Assembly: GCA_963783265.1 (NCBI GenBank)
Contig: CAWAMU010000017.1
Location: 286 to 64,285 of the forward strand
From: an uncultured Alphaproteobacteria bacterium
GTDB lineage: Bacteria; Pseudomonadota; Alphaproteobacteria; Sphingomonadales; Sphingomonadaceae
Reading direction: 5' to 3'
Length of the DNA: 64,000 nt
Both the position numbers and the translations under genes were made by a program. This document shows positions 33,795 to 43,039 of the stretch, piece after piece. The notes beneath the pieces were generated by a model. It did not search any database and was not told where the DNA came from. It worked only from the letters and a program-made list of their open reading frames with translations. How positions within the stretch are numbered: the first letter of the stretch is position 1; every line of letters begins with the position of its first letter.

Positions 33795-34502
33795 ATGGGT
33801 ATTTTTTCGCGCACCCGTGACATTATCGCCGCCAACTTCAACGAGCTGCTCGACCAGGCGGACGATCCCTCGAAGATGATCCGCATGATCATCCTCGAAA
33901 TGGAGGAAACGCTGGTGGAAGTCCGGGCGAGCGCTGCTCGCACGATTGCCGACCAGAAGGAAATGCACCGCCACACGGTGAAACTGGACCGGCTCCAGTC
34001 CGACTGGGCAGAGAAGGCGCAACTGGCGCTGAGCAAGGATCGCGAAGACCTGGCCCGCGCCGCGCTGATGGAGAAGCGCAAGTCTTCCGACATGTGCGAC
34101 CAGTTGAAGCAGGAAATCGCCGTACTGGACGATGCCCTGCGCGCCTATGACCAGGACATTACCAAGCTGCAGAACCGCCTGCGCGAGGCCCGCAGCCGCC
34201 AGAGCCAGATATCGGCCCGTCTGGAAAGCGCGGAGAACCGCGTGAAGCTGCGCAGCCTGATGACCAATGAACGGGTGGAAGACGCGCACAGCCGCTTCGA
34301 CCAGCTGGAACGCCGGGTGGATTACGCCGAAGGCCGCGCCGATGCCCTGGGTATCGGCCAGAACAAGGCCACCCTCGCCGACGAATTCGCAGCCCTGGAA
34401 GGCGGCGACAAGGTCGACGACGAACTGGAGGAAATGAAGCGCGCGCTCGGCATGGGAAGCCAGGACAAGGGCAGCAGCGCCAAGACTGAAGAAGGGGAAT
34501 AA
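33795..34502 (+). CDS. pspA: Phage shock protein A (possible upstream in-frame start at 33654)
   Basis: MGIFSRTRDIIAANFN..DPSKMIRMIILEMEETLVEVR..KAQLALSKDREDLARAAL. GGAGG precedes ATG 33795. Confidence 0.95.
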   Translation: MGIFSRTRDIIAANFNELLDQADDPSKMIRMIILEMEETLVEVRASAARTIADQKEMHRHTVKLDRLQSDWAEKAQLALSKDREDLARAALMEKRKSSDMCDQLKQEIAVLDDALRAYDQDITKLQNRLREARSRQSQISARLESAENRVKLRSLMTNERVEDAHSRFDQLERRVDYAEGRADALGIGQNKATLADEFAALEGGDKVDDELEEMKRALGMGSQDKGSSAKTEEGE

Positions 34503-34504
34503 TC

Positions 34505-34807
34505 GTGGACATGGAACCAATTTTCATTGTGTCGGCAATCTTCATCGGATTGCCCTGGGTCGTCCTCCACTACGTGACCAAGTGGAAAACCGCTGCCACC
34601 ATCACCACCGATGACGAGGCTCTGCTGGAAGAACTCTACCAGCTGGCCAAGCGGCTGGACGAACGCATGGATACGGTCGAGCGCCTCGTCTCTTCGGACC
34701 ATCCGGATTTCGAGCCCGCCCGCATCCAGCACGACAAGGCCATCGACAACGTACCGCTGCGCGAGCTGGAGGAACTGCTCGCAGAGAAGAAAGGAAACCA
34801 GGCATGA
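34505..34807 (+). CDS. pspB: Phage shock protein B
   Basis: FIGLPWVVLHYVTKWK..LYQLAKRLDERMDTVERLV..PDF. Confidence 0.9.
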   Translation: MDMEPIFIVSAIFIGLPWVVLHYVTKWKTAATITTDDEALLEELYQLAKRLDERMDTVERLVSSDHPDFEPARIQHDKAIDNVPLRELEELLAEKKGNQA

Positions 34808-35178
34808 ACAGCCCCCGCACGAAACTTTACCGCGACAAGGTGAATGGCAAGCTGATGGGCGTCTGCTCCGGTATCGCCGACTACACCGGCGTAAACGTTC
34901 TCTGGATCCGCCTGGGTATGATCATTCTTGCCATAACCCTCGGCTGGCCCATTCTCGCCTACATCGGCGCAGGCTTCCTGCTGAGCAAGAAGCCGCCACA
35001 TCTCTACACCGCGCCCGATGAAACGCAGTATTGGCAGAACGTCCGGCAGAGCCCGAAGCGTACCGCGCGCGAAATCCGCGCCCGGATGAAGGATATCGAT
35101 CGCCGCCTGGCCGATGTGGAAACCTACTACGTTTCCGCCAATCCGCGCCTGTCGCAGGAAATCGAACAACTGCGCTGA
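34804..35178 (+). CDS. pspC: Phage shock protein C
   Basis: LYRDKVNGKLMGVCSGIADY..IRL..IDRRLADVETYYVSANPRLSQEIEQLR. Confidence 0.92.
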   Translation: MNSPRTKLYRDKVNGKLMGVCSGIADYTGVNVLWIRLGMIILAITLGWPILAYIGAGFLLSKKPPHLYTAPDETQYWQNVRQSPKRTAREIRARMKDIDRRLADVETYYVSANPRLSQEIEQLR

Positions 35179-35212
35179 GGGGCGCACCACACCGAGGAAA
35201 AGGGGACGAAAC

Positions 35213-35522
35213 ATGGGTGAGCTGATTCCCATCGTGGCAATCATCATGGGGTGCGGCATTCCGATCACCGCGATCTGGGCCAAGCACAAGCAGAAGATCG
35301 CCGAGATGCAGGTGGATGCCACCGCCGCCAACACCGCCGAGAAGGCCGCTCAATACGCCAGTCGCACCCAGGAGCTGGAAGACCGGGTCCGCGTGCTGGA
35401 GCGCATCGTCACCGACAAGGGCTACGACATCGCCACCCAGATCGAAGCCCTGCGCGACCAGCGCAGCCGTCGATGAAGGCAACGGCGTTCCCCTCGACAT
35501 CGCTCGCAAGGAGAACGTCTGA
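35213..35522 (+). CDS. psp-array small membrane protein 1 (frameshift ~35465)
   Basis: TM helix then LEDRVRVLERIVTDKGYDIATQIEALR. The alternative-frame tail DEGNGVPLDIARKENV ends in a TGA overlapping the next ATG. Confidence 0.75.
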
Positions 35523-35880
35523 TGGATTGGGGCAGCCCGGAATTCATTATCGCGATCGTCGCCCTGTCCACGCTGGGCTGGATCGTGAACAACTGGATAC
35601 GCGCCAAACACGGCTATCCGCTGGAAGACGAGTGGGGCGGCAAGACGCAGCCGCAAAGACAGCCAGGATGCCGCGAAACTGCGCGAACAGAACCAGCAAC
35701 TGCGCGATGTCATGGAACGGATGGAAGACCGCATGATCGTGCTGGAACGCATCGTCACCGACAAGGGCTACACCGTGGCCGAGGAGATCGAGGCGCTGCG
35801 TGACAAGCCCGCCCGCGAAACCCGCGAAACAAGCGACAATGGCGTGCCCTCTGAACATCAGGAACAGGGAACAGGCATAA
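35522..35880 (+). CDS. psp-array small membrane protein 2 (frameshifts ~35655 and ~35850)
   Basis: MDWGSPEFIIAIVALSTLGWIVNNWIRAKHGYPLEDEWGG..MEDRMIVLERIVTDKGYTVAEEIEALR..DNGVPL. TAATG coupling to the next gene. Confidence 0.7.
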
Positions 35881-36198
35881 TGGATTTCGGATACAATCAC
35901 TCCCGCAGTCCTTGGCGTTGGCGTCATCTCGATTTCGATCGGCTGGGTCGTCAACACGTGGATCCGCGTGAATCACGGCTATCCGCTGGAAAACAGCTGG
36001 GGCAAGGCAGTGTATCCCAAGAACGACCAGGCCGCCGAGCGCGTGAAGCTGCTGACCCAGGAAAACGCGGCGCTTCAGGCTGAACTGGGATCGCTGAAGG
36101 ACCGCCTCGCCAACGTGGAGCGGATCGTCACCGACAGCGGCTATCACCTCACCCACGAGATCGAGAGCCTGCGGAGCGACAAGAAGGACGCGAACTGA
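35880..36198 (+). CDS. psp-array small membrane protein 3 (frameshift ~35890)
   Basis: VLGVGVISISIGWVVNTWIRVNHGYPLENSWGK..LKDRLANVERIVTDSGYHLTHEIESLR. TGATG coupling. Confidence 0.72.
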
Positions 36199-36498
36199 TG
36201 GATATGAACCTGATTGTCATCTTCACCTTCATCCTGCTGGCCGCCGGCCTGGTGTTCGCGATGGCGCACAAGTTTCACCAGCGCACCGTAGAGCATGAGG
36301 AACGCAAGCTGGAACTGAAGGCCCGCATTGCAGAGGCCAAGGCGCAGGAAGGCTGAAGTGCGGCAGGAATTGATGCAATATCTGGAGGACCGGATGCGGG
36401 TGATCGAACGGATCGTGACCGACCCCACGGCCGATCTTTCGCGCCAGATCGAGAATCTGCGCGCAGACGAGGTCGCCCGGCAGGAGAAGGCATCGTGA
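36198..36498 (+). CDS. psp-array small membrane protein 4 (frameshift ~36350)
   Basis: MDMNLIVIFTFILLAAGLVFAMAHKF..YLEDRMRVIERIVTDPTADLSRQIENLR. Not in the supplied ORF track. Confidence 0.7.
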
Positions 36499-36748
36499 GC
36501 ATGTGGGCGCATGATCTTCCTGATCGTACTGGTCGAGCATCGCCTTCGCCGCCTGGAAGCGGTCGCAGGACGCAAGGCAGGGTGTCATCCGCGACAATCG
36601 CGGTAACCCAATTGCCGATACACAGCGCGAGGCAGAGCTTCAGCGGGAAGTCGAAGAACTGCGCGAGCGGATAAAAGTACTTGAACGTATCGCCACCGAT
36701 CCGGCGCGCCGGACGGCCGAGGAAATTGAAAAGCTGCGCGACGAGTAA
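36495..36748 (+). CDS. psp-array small membrane protein 5 (N-terminal frameshifts)
   Basis: GTGA coupling. MIFLIVLV-SIAFAAWKRSQ..LRERIKVLERIATDPARRTAEEIEKLRDE. Confidence 0.68.
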
Positions 36749-36786
36749 TCGTCGCTGCACCCAGTGAAACTTGCAGGGAGGACCAA

Positions 36787-37026
36787 ATGACGCAAATCGA
36801 CCTGTTGTTCGCCGCCAGCAGCCTGCTCGCGATAGCCATGCTCAGCGCCTCTGCGCTGATGGGCTGGCAGGGATGGCTTGCCCTGAAACGGCGCGAGCTG
36901 GAAATGCATCGCACGCCGCCTGAACTGGAAGGCGGATCGCGCGAAGGCATGGCCCGGATCGAGATTGCCGACCTGAAGGAACGCATCCGCAAGCTGGAAG
37001 CCATCGCGAACGGGGTGGACCTCTGA
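36787..37026 (+). CDS. psp-array small membrane protein 6
   Basis: GGAGG RBS. TM helix then IADLKERIRKLEAIANGVDL, a shortened form of the motif. Confidence 0.72.
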   Translation: MTQIDLLFAASSLLAIAMLSASALMGWQGWLALKRRELEMHRTPPELEGGSREGMARIEIADLKERIRKLEAIANGVDL

Positions 37027-37040
37027 CGCGCAGCCACTAG

Positions 37041-37457
37041 ATGGCATCCATGCGAACACTTGAAGACATCCAGGAAGAATACGAATTTCTCGAAGGCGAT
37101 GAACGCTATCGGCTGCTGATAGAGCTTGGCCGCGAGCTGGACGAGATGCCCGCCGCGCTGAAAACCGATGCCACGCTGGTGCGCGGCTGCTCGGCGCAGG
37201 TCTGGGTCTATCCCACCGAAGAGGCAGGCCAGCTGCATTTCCTGGCAGACAGCAATGCTGCCATCACCAAGGGCATCGTCGCGCTGGTAATCTCTGCCGT
37301 GCAGGACAAGCCCGCAAACGACGTGGCGCAGATGGACATCGCCGACGCGCTGGCCCCGTTTGACCTGAAGAACCAGCTTTCCTCCAACCGCACCCAGGGC
37401 GTGCCCAACATGATCGCGCTGGTGCAGGATCATGCCGCCCGGATTGCGCAGGGCTGA
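37041..37457 (+). CDS. sufE: SufE family Fe-S metabolism protein
   Basis: RYRLLIELGREL..VRGCSAQVW..ADSNAAITKGIV..LSSNRTQG. Confidence 0.88.
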   Translation: MASMRTLEDIQEEYEFLEGDERYRLLIELGRELDEMPAALKTDATLVRGCSAQVWVYPTEEAGQLHFLADSNAAITKGIVALVISAVQDKPANDVAQMDIADALAPFDLKNQLSSNRTQGVPNMIALVQDHAARIAQG

Positions 37458-37458
37458 C

Positions 37459-37810
37459 ATGGCGCGCCCGCTGTGGATGGCAGCGGGGATCGTCTGCTTT
37501 GTACTGGGCTGGATCGGAATGGTGTTGCCGATCATGCCCGGCTTCGTGTTCCTGCTGGGCGCATTGTTCTGCTTTGCACGGGGCAATCCGAAGTGGGAAG
37601 CGAAGATGCTGGATCATCCCACCTACGGCCCTGCCTTGCGGGACTGGCGCGAACATCGCCGTATCGCGCGCAGGAGCAAACTTGCAGCCTTGGGATTAAT
37701 GGCCGTGGCCGCTGTGTCTGGCTGGAGTGGCCGCAGGTTTTCCGGTGGCCATCGTTCCAATCGCGATCATGGCGCTTGTGGGCGGATGGATCTGGACCAG
37801 GCCGGAATAA
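37459..37810 (+). CDS. YbaN/DUF454 family membrane protein (frameshift ~37720)
   Basis: LGWIGMVLPIMPGFVFLLGALFCFARG..MLDHPTYGPALRDW..RRSK. Confidence 0.8.
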
Positions 37811-37875
37811 AGGAACAGGCATCGCTTCGCAGGATTGATGGAGCAAGAACCTCTCAATCCCTGACGGAGTTATCC

Positions 37876-38034
37876 ATGAATATCATTATCCTGATCGCCA
37901 CTATCCTTCTGCCGCCGCTGGGCGTTGCGCTGAAGCACGGTCTTGGCAAGACCTTCCTGATCAACCTGATCCTGACGCTGATCCTGTTCGTACCCGGTCT
38001 GATTCACGGCATCTACGTGAACTTCATGCGCTGA
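37876..38034 (+). CDS. YqaE/Pmp3 family proteolipid
   Basis: ILLPPLGV..FLINLILTLILFVPGLIHGIY. Confidence 0.88.
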   Translation: MNIIILIATILLPPLGVALKHGLGKTFLINLILTLILFVPGLIHGIYVNFMR

Positions 38035-38043
38035 GGCGGCGCT

Positions 38044-38544
38044 TCAGGCGCCCACGCTGTCGCGAACGACGGCAATGCCAGCTTCGCGCTGGCGCTTCAG
38101 ATCCGCTTTAAGCCTGGCGGGGTCACGGGCAAAAACGAAGCCGAAGCTGACCCCGCCTTCCTTGCCAACGGTGGCATGGTGCAGCTTGTGCGCCTGCACC
38201 AGCCGTTTCGCATAGCCGCGCTTGGGCACCCATTTGAAGTAGCGCTGGTGCACCAGCCCGTCGTGGACGAGCGTGTAGATCACGCCGTAAACGGTAATGC
38301 CCATGGCAAACCACCACAGCGCATCCGAGATGAAATAACCCACGGTGAACATCACCACCACAATGCTGCCGAACACAACGGCGAACAGGTCGTTCTTCTC
38401 CAGCACATTGTCGTGCGGTTCGTGATGGTCGCGGTGCCAGGCCCAGCCCCAGCCATGCATCACGTATTTGTGCGCCCACCAGGCGAACAGTTCCATGAAT
38501 ATGACCGCGCTCGTCACGGTGAGGATGATTTGCAGCAACGTCAT
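38044..38544 (-). CDS. crtZ: Beta-carotene 3,3'-hydroxylase
   Basis: MELFAWWAHKYVMHG.GW.WHRDHH..EKND..HDGLVHQR..AHKLHH..VSFGF. Confidence 0.92.
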   Translation of the reverse strand: MTLLQIILTVTSAVIFMELFAWWAHKYVMHGWGWAWHRDHHEPHDNVLEKNDLFAVVFGSIVVVMFTVGYFISDALWWFAMGITVYGVIYTLVHDGLVHQRYFKWVPKRGYAKRLVQAHKLHHATVGKEGGVSFGFVFARDPARLKADLKRQREAGIAVVRDSVGA

Positions 38545-39305
38545 TCTGTCAGCTCTCTAACGCTTTTTCCGGCAACCTCGCGGCGGCGGGGCAAGGCCCA
38601 CCACGGCGTTTGCGGAAAGCTGTGATGTTCGTGATGATAGCCGAAATGGAAGCAGGTTGCGAGGCTGACGAGCGGAGAGAAATCGTCAGACCGGGCATTG
38701 TGCCTGTCGCCAAAGCTATCGACGCCATGCCGGTGCGGGCGATAGGTGCCGAAATAGAACAGCTGGATGCTGGACGCGATGGCCGGAAGGCCGAACACCA
38801 GCACGATCTGCTCCATCGGCACCCCCACCACCAGCCAGTAGGTCGTCACGATGGTGGAGACATAGGCGATCGATCGCCAGCCGAAATAGCGCGTCAGGAA
38901 GGTCTTGTACCAGCGCCAGAAATCGCTGGGGTTGGCGGTATCGAAATCGGGATCGCCGTCCAGGCCCGCATGGCGGTGATGGGCGAAATGGGCATCGCGC
39001 ATCTTGCGCCAGCCAAAGCCTGCATAAAGAAACAGCAATCCGCCGCCGATCGCGCCGTTGAGACGCGGCCATCCGGGAGCAAGCGAGCCGTGCATCGCAT
39101 CATGGCTGATGATGAACAGGCCGACCGAAAGCCAGCATTGCAGAACGGCAATGCCAAGACCCAGCGGCAAGGTACTCCACGTCAGTTCGAAAACGAAAAT
39201 GGCGTAGATATGCAACGCCAGCCAGGCGCCGAAAATCAGCGCTGCCAGACCAAGACCGATCATGGCCTGCATCGCGCGGTCGGATTGCGGCAAGGTTTGC
39301 GTCAT
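38541..39305 (-). CDS. crtW: Beta-carotene ketolase
   Basis: WLSVGLFIISHDAMHG, HFAHH, DPDF, QLFYFGTYRPHR, CFHFGYHHEHH..PWW. ATGA-coupled to crtZ. Confidence 0.88.
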   Translation of the reverse strand: MTQTLPQSDRAMQAMIGLGLAALIFGAWLALHIYAIFVFELTWSTLPLGLGIAVLQCWLSVGLFIISHDAMHGSLAPGWPRLNGAIGGGLLFLYAGFGWRKMRDAHFAHHRHAGLDGDPDFDTANPSDFWRWYKTFLTRYFGWRSIAYVSTIVTTYWLVVGVPMEQIVLVFGLPAIASSIQLFYFGTYRPHRHGVDSFGDRHNARSDDFSPLVSLATCFHFGYHHEHHSFPQTPWWALPRRREVAGKSVRELTE

Positions 39306-39415
39306 AACCATGGGTCTTAGAAGCAAAATCGCGACGCGCAAACGCGTCCAGTGGTCGGTATGGCACCGCTCATTTGCGAAAAGGCGGGAAGCATCAGCGC
39401 TTCGCCCCGTGAAAG

Positions 39416-39820
39416 TTATTTGGGAGGCAGGCCGAAATAGCGTTCCGCCACCTTCTGATCGATCCGTGCAGGCCGCAAGGTCGTGCTGTCGATGCAGCAC
39501 CACATGCTCTGCACTTCGGCCAGCACGTCTTCCCCGCGGCGAATCACCGTGTTGTAGAAACTGCGCGCGCCCCTGATCTTTTCCAGCACCGTCTCGGCGA
39601 TCACATCGTCGTTCAGGAATGCCGGGCGACGATAGGTGATCTCGTGTTTCAGCGCGACCCAGCCCTTGTTCGCCACCTCTTCGGCGGGGGCAAGTTTCTG
39701 CCAATGCTGCAGCACCACATCCTGCACCCAGTTGAGATAGCGGGAATTGTTCACGTGACCCATGAAATCGATATCATCGGGAAGGATCTTGATCGGAATT
39801 GCAAATGGCTTGGCTGACAT
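39416..39820 (-). CDS. Acyl-CoA thioesterase (4HBT/YbgC-like)
   Basis: DDIDFMGHVNNSRYLNW. Confidence 0.8.
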   Translation of the reverse strand: MSAKPFAIPIKILPDDIDFMGHVNNSRYLNWVQDVVLQHWQKLAPAEEVANKGWVALKHEITYRRPAFLNDDVIAETVLEKIRGARSFYNTVIRRGEDVLAEVQSMWCCIDSTTLRPARIDQKVAERYFGLPPK

Positions 39821-39918
39821 GTGTGTAAGTTAGTCGCCCAAGGTTAACTTTCCAAGACAATACGAAGCCTTTTTTCGTATTACTTGGCTCGAAACAATCC
39901 GCGCGCTATCTGCCCTGC

Positions 39919-41361
39919 ATGGCCAGCAAACCCCGCACCTTGTACGAAAAGATTTTCGACGCCCATGTGATCGAGCGGCGCGACGACGGCACCTGCCTGA
40001 TCTTTATCGACCGGCATCTCGTTCACGAAGTCACCAGCCCGCAGGCGTTCGAGGCTTTGCGGATGAACGGTCGCACCGTGCGCCATCCCGAGCTGACCCT
40101 GGCCGTTCCTGACCATAACCTGCCCACCACCCCCCGCCTCGACGCGCGGGGTGAGCGAATTCCCATCGCCGACAAGGAAAGCCGCGACCAGCTGGCCGCG
40201 CTGGAGCGCAATGCGCCGGAATTCGGCGTCCGCTATTTCGATGCCACGTCCTCGCAACAGGGCATCGTCCACGTCGTCGGGCCTGAGCAGGGCTTCTCGC
40301 TGCCCGGCACCACGATCGTGTGCGGCGACAGCCACACCGCCTGCCACGGCGGACTTGGCGCCTGGGCCTTTGGCATCGGCACCAGCGAAGTGGAGCACGT
40401 TCTCGCCACGCAAACCCTGCTGCTGCGCCCGTCGAAGACGATGGAAGTGCGCGTGGACGGCGAGCTGGGCCTCGGCATCACGGCCAAGGATCTGATCATG
40501 CACATCATCGGCGTCGTCGGTACCGCAGGCGGCACCGGCCACGTGATCGAATACAGGGGCAAGGTGTTCGAAAAGATGAGCGTGGAATCGCGCCTCACCG
40601 TTTGCAACATGAGCATCGAGGCTGGCGCACGCGGCGGCCTGATCGCACCCGACGAAACCACTTTCGCCTATATCAAGGGCCGTCCCTTTGCGCCCAAGGG
40701 CGAAGAGTGGGATGACGCGGTTGCCTATTGGAAGACGCTGTACACCGATCCCGATGCCGAGTTCGACCGCTCCGTCGTGATCGACGCTACCGACGTCGAG
40801 CCATCGGTCACCTGGGGCACAAGTCCCGAAGACGTAGTGGCCATCGGCGGCACCGTTCCCGCGCCCGAAAGCTTTGACGATCCCTCGAAGCAGGAAGCGG
40901 CACGCGCCAGCCTCGATTACATGGACCTGGCACCCGGCACGCGGATGCAGGATGTGGAAGTGCAGAACATCTTCATCGGCAGCTGCACCAACAGCCGCAT
41001 AGAGGACCTGCGCGCCGCCGCCGAAGTTCTGCGCGGAAGGCACAAGGCCGACAACGTGAAATGGGCCATCGTCGTGCCCGGATCGGGCCTTGTGAAAATG
41101 CAGGCCGAGGCCGAGGGACTGGACAAGATATTTACCGACGCGGGCCTCGAATGGCGTGAGCCGGGCTGCTCTGCCTGCCTCGGCATGAACCCCGACAAGG
41201 TGCCCGCCGGCGAACGCAGCGCCTCCACCAGCAATCGCAATTTCGTGGGCCGACAGGGTCCGGGCGCGCGCACGCACCTTGTCTCTCCCGCCATGGCCGC
41301 CGCCGCGGCGGTGACAGGACGCCTCACCGATGTGCGCGAACTGACGCGTGAGCCAGCGTAA
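39919..41361 (+). CDS. leuC: 3-isopropylmalate dehydratase large subunit
   Basis: [49 protein letters not shown]. Confidence 0.97.
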   Translation: MASKPRTLYEKIFDAHVIERRDDGTCLIFIDRHLVHEVTSPQAFEALRMNGRTVRHPELTLAVPDHNLPTTPRLDARGERIPIADKESRDQLAALERNAPEFGVRYFDATSSQQGIVHVVGPEQGFSLPGTTIVCGDSHTACHGGLGAWAFGIGTSEVEHVLATQTLLLRPSKTMEVRVDGELGLGITAKDLIMHIIGVVGTAGGTGHVIEYRGKVFEKMSVESRLTVCNMSIEAGARGGLIAPDETTFAYIKGRPFAPKGEEWDDAVAYWKTLYTDPDAEFDRSVVIDATDVEPSVTWGTSPEDVVAIGGTVPAPESFDDPSKQEAARASLDYMDLAPGTRMQDVEVQNIFIGSCTNSRIEDLRAAAEVLRGRHKADNVKWAIVVPGSGLVKMQAEAEGLDKIFTDAGLEWREPGCSACLGMNPDKVPAGERSASTSNRNFVGRQGPGARTHLVSPAMAAAAAVTGRLTDVRELTREPA

Positions 41362-41842
41362 AACATCATTTGCGCCCATCGTTCAGGACGACACGCGACT
41401 GCTGATCCTGGGCAGCCTGCCGGGCGAAAGATCGCTCGCGGCGGGCCAGTATTATGCGCATCCGCAAAACCGCTTCTGGCATCTGATGGAGCGCGTGATT
41501 GGCGCACCGCTGGTGTCGCTGGACTACGAAAAACGGGTCGCGGCACTCCTGCGTCACAAGGTCGGCTTGTGGGATGTGGTCAGGTCGGCCGAGCGGAAGG
41601 GGAGTCTCGATGCAGCAATTCGCGCTGTCGAGACGACAGACCTGCCCTCGCTGGTTTCGGGCCTGTCACAGTTGCAGGCAGTCGCCTTCAATGGCAGGAA
41701 ATCGGAGACAATCGGCAAGCCGCAACTCGACAAATTCCCGGTTCAAACCATCGCCCTTCCATCCTCCAGTCCCGCACATGCGGCGATGAATTTCGCCGAA
41801 AAGGCGGAAGAATGGGACAAACTGCACCATTTTCTTCGCTGA
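41348..41842 (+). CDS. UDG-superfamily DNA glycosylase (hypoxanthine/deoxyinosine glycosylase-like)
   Basis: [34 protein letters not shown]. Confidence 0.82.
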   Translation: MSQRKTSFAPIVQDDTRLLILGSLPGERSLAAGQYYAHPQNRFWHLMERVIGAPLVSLDYEKRVAALLRHKVGLWDVVRSAERKGSLDAAIRAVETTDLPSLVSGLSQLQAVAFNGRKSETIGKPQLDKFPVQTIALPSSSPAHAAMNFAEKAEEWDKLHHFLR

Positions 41843-41881
41843 ATCTTGCAACATAGCCGTCTCGAGAGCATTTGACCTATT

Positions 41882-42040
41882 ATGACTGATCGTATTCCCA
41901 AGAAGGCGGCCATGGCCGCCGGTGCCATTGGCTCTGCCGCCGTCGCCGCAGCCTTGCTTTACGCCAATCATCGCAAGAAGAAGAGCACGCCCACCCAGCC
42001 CGGCCCGATTCCCAGCGGCGAAAAGCCGGAGACGGACTGA
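41882..42040 (+). CDS. 52-aa hypothetical protein coupled to leuD
   Basis: [37 protein letters not shown]. Its TGA overlaps the leuD ATG. Absent from the ORF track. Confidence 0.65.
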   Translation: MTDRIPKKAAMAAGAIGSAAVAAALLYANHRKKKSTPTQPGPIPSGEKPETD

Positions 42041-42645
42041 TGGACAAGGTCGGCACTGTTGAAGGCCGGGCGATCCCGTTCGGTCGCAAGAATGTCGATA
42101 CAGACCTGATTATTCCCGCGCGCTGGCTGAAAACCACGAGCCGCGATGGTCTGGGTCGTGGCGCATTCGAATCTGTACGGTCCGATAATCCCGATAACAT
42201 CTTCGACCGCGAAGAATTTGCGGGCGCCCCGATCCTGGTCGCCGGCGATAACTTTGGCTGCGGCTCCAGTCGTGAGCACGCCGCATGGGCGCTGCTGGAC
42301 ATGGGCATCCGTGCGGTGATTGCTCCCAGCTTTTCCGACATATTCGCAGGTAACGCCTTCAAGAACGGCATTCTCACCGTGGCCCTGCCGCAGGAACAGG
42401 TGGACCGGTTGCTGGAGGTGGCGAAGACCGATCCGATCTCCATCGACCTGGATGCGCAAAGTGTTACCACTCCGTTCCAGGATCGCTTCACCTTCGAAAT
42501 CGACCCCTTCCGCAAGCACTGCCTGACCGAGGGTCTGGACGAGGTCGGACTGACCCTGACTCGCGACGACGCTATCACCCGCTATGAAAACCGGCTTACC
42601 GCGGACAAGCCATGGCTGGCGCGCGGCACCGGAGTTGCGGCCTGA
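42040..42645 (+). CDS. leuD: 3-isopropylmalate dehydratase small subunit
   Basis: [35 protein letters not shown]. Confidence 0.97.
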   Translation: MDKVGTVEGRAIPFGRKNVDTDLIIPARWLKTTSRDGLGRGAFESVRSDNPDNIFDREEFAGAPILVAGDNFGCGSSREHAAWALLDMGIRAVIAPSFSDIFAGNAFKNGILTVALPQEQVDRLLEVAKTDPISIDLDAQSVTTPFQDRFTFEIDPFRKHCLTEGLDEVGLTLTRDDAITRYENRLTADKPWLARGTGVAA

Positions 42646-42687
42646 CGCGCCAGACCCTATTCCATAGTTTTACAGCAAGGATTTCCC

Positions 42688-43014
42688 GTGATGACCAATT
42701 TCAAGGACCGCGAACGCGGCGAAGAAGCCAAATATGCGATGGATGAGGAAACCGCTTTCAAGGTCGCCGCGCGTCGCAATCGCTTGTTTGGCGAATGGGC
42801 TGCCGGGCTGATGGACCTTACCTCCGAAGAAACCGACGCCTACAAGAAGGCCGTAATGCAGGCCGACTTCGAGGAAGCCGGCGATGAAGACGTGATCCGC
42901 AAGGTTCTTGGCGACCTGACGCAGGCCGGATGCGATGTCGACGAAGCTGCTGTGCGGGCCAAGCTGGAAGAAAAGGCCATCGAGGCCCGGCGCCAGTTCA
43001 TGAGCGAATCCTGA
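42688..43014 (+). CDS. DUF1476 family protein
   Basis: FKDRERGEEAKY..FKVAARRNRLFGEWAA..DFEEAGDEDV. Confidence 0.8.
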   Translation: MMTNFKDRERGEEAKYAMDEETAFKVAARRNRLFGEWAAGLMDLTSEETDAYKKAVMQADFEEAGDEDVIRKVLGDLTQAGCDVDEAAVRAKLEEKAIEARRQFMSES

Positions 43015-43039
43015 TCCTCTTGCCGCAAGGACTTTCCTG

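Noticed and set aside
35213-37026. psp array as a CRISPR array or DNA tandem repeat
   Set aside because: The similarity is at protein level with synonymous divergence. There are no identical repeats with spacers and no cas genes.
39361-39378. TGGCACCGCTCATTTGC as a sigma-54 promoter
   Set aside because: The spacing is GG-N12-GC rather than N10, and it faces away from crtW.
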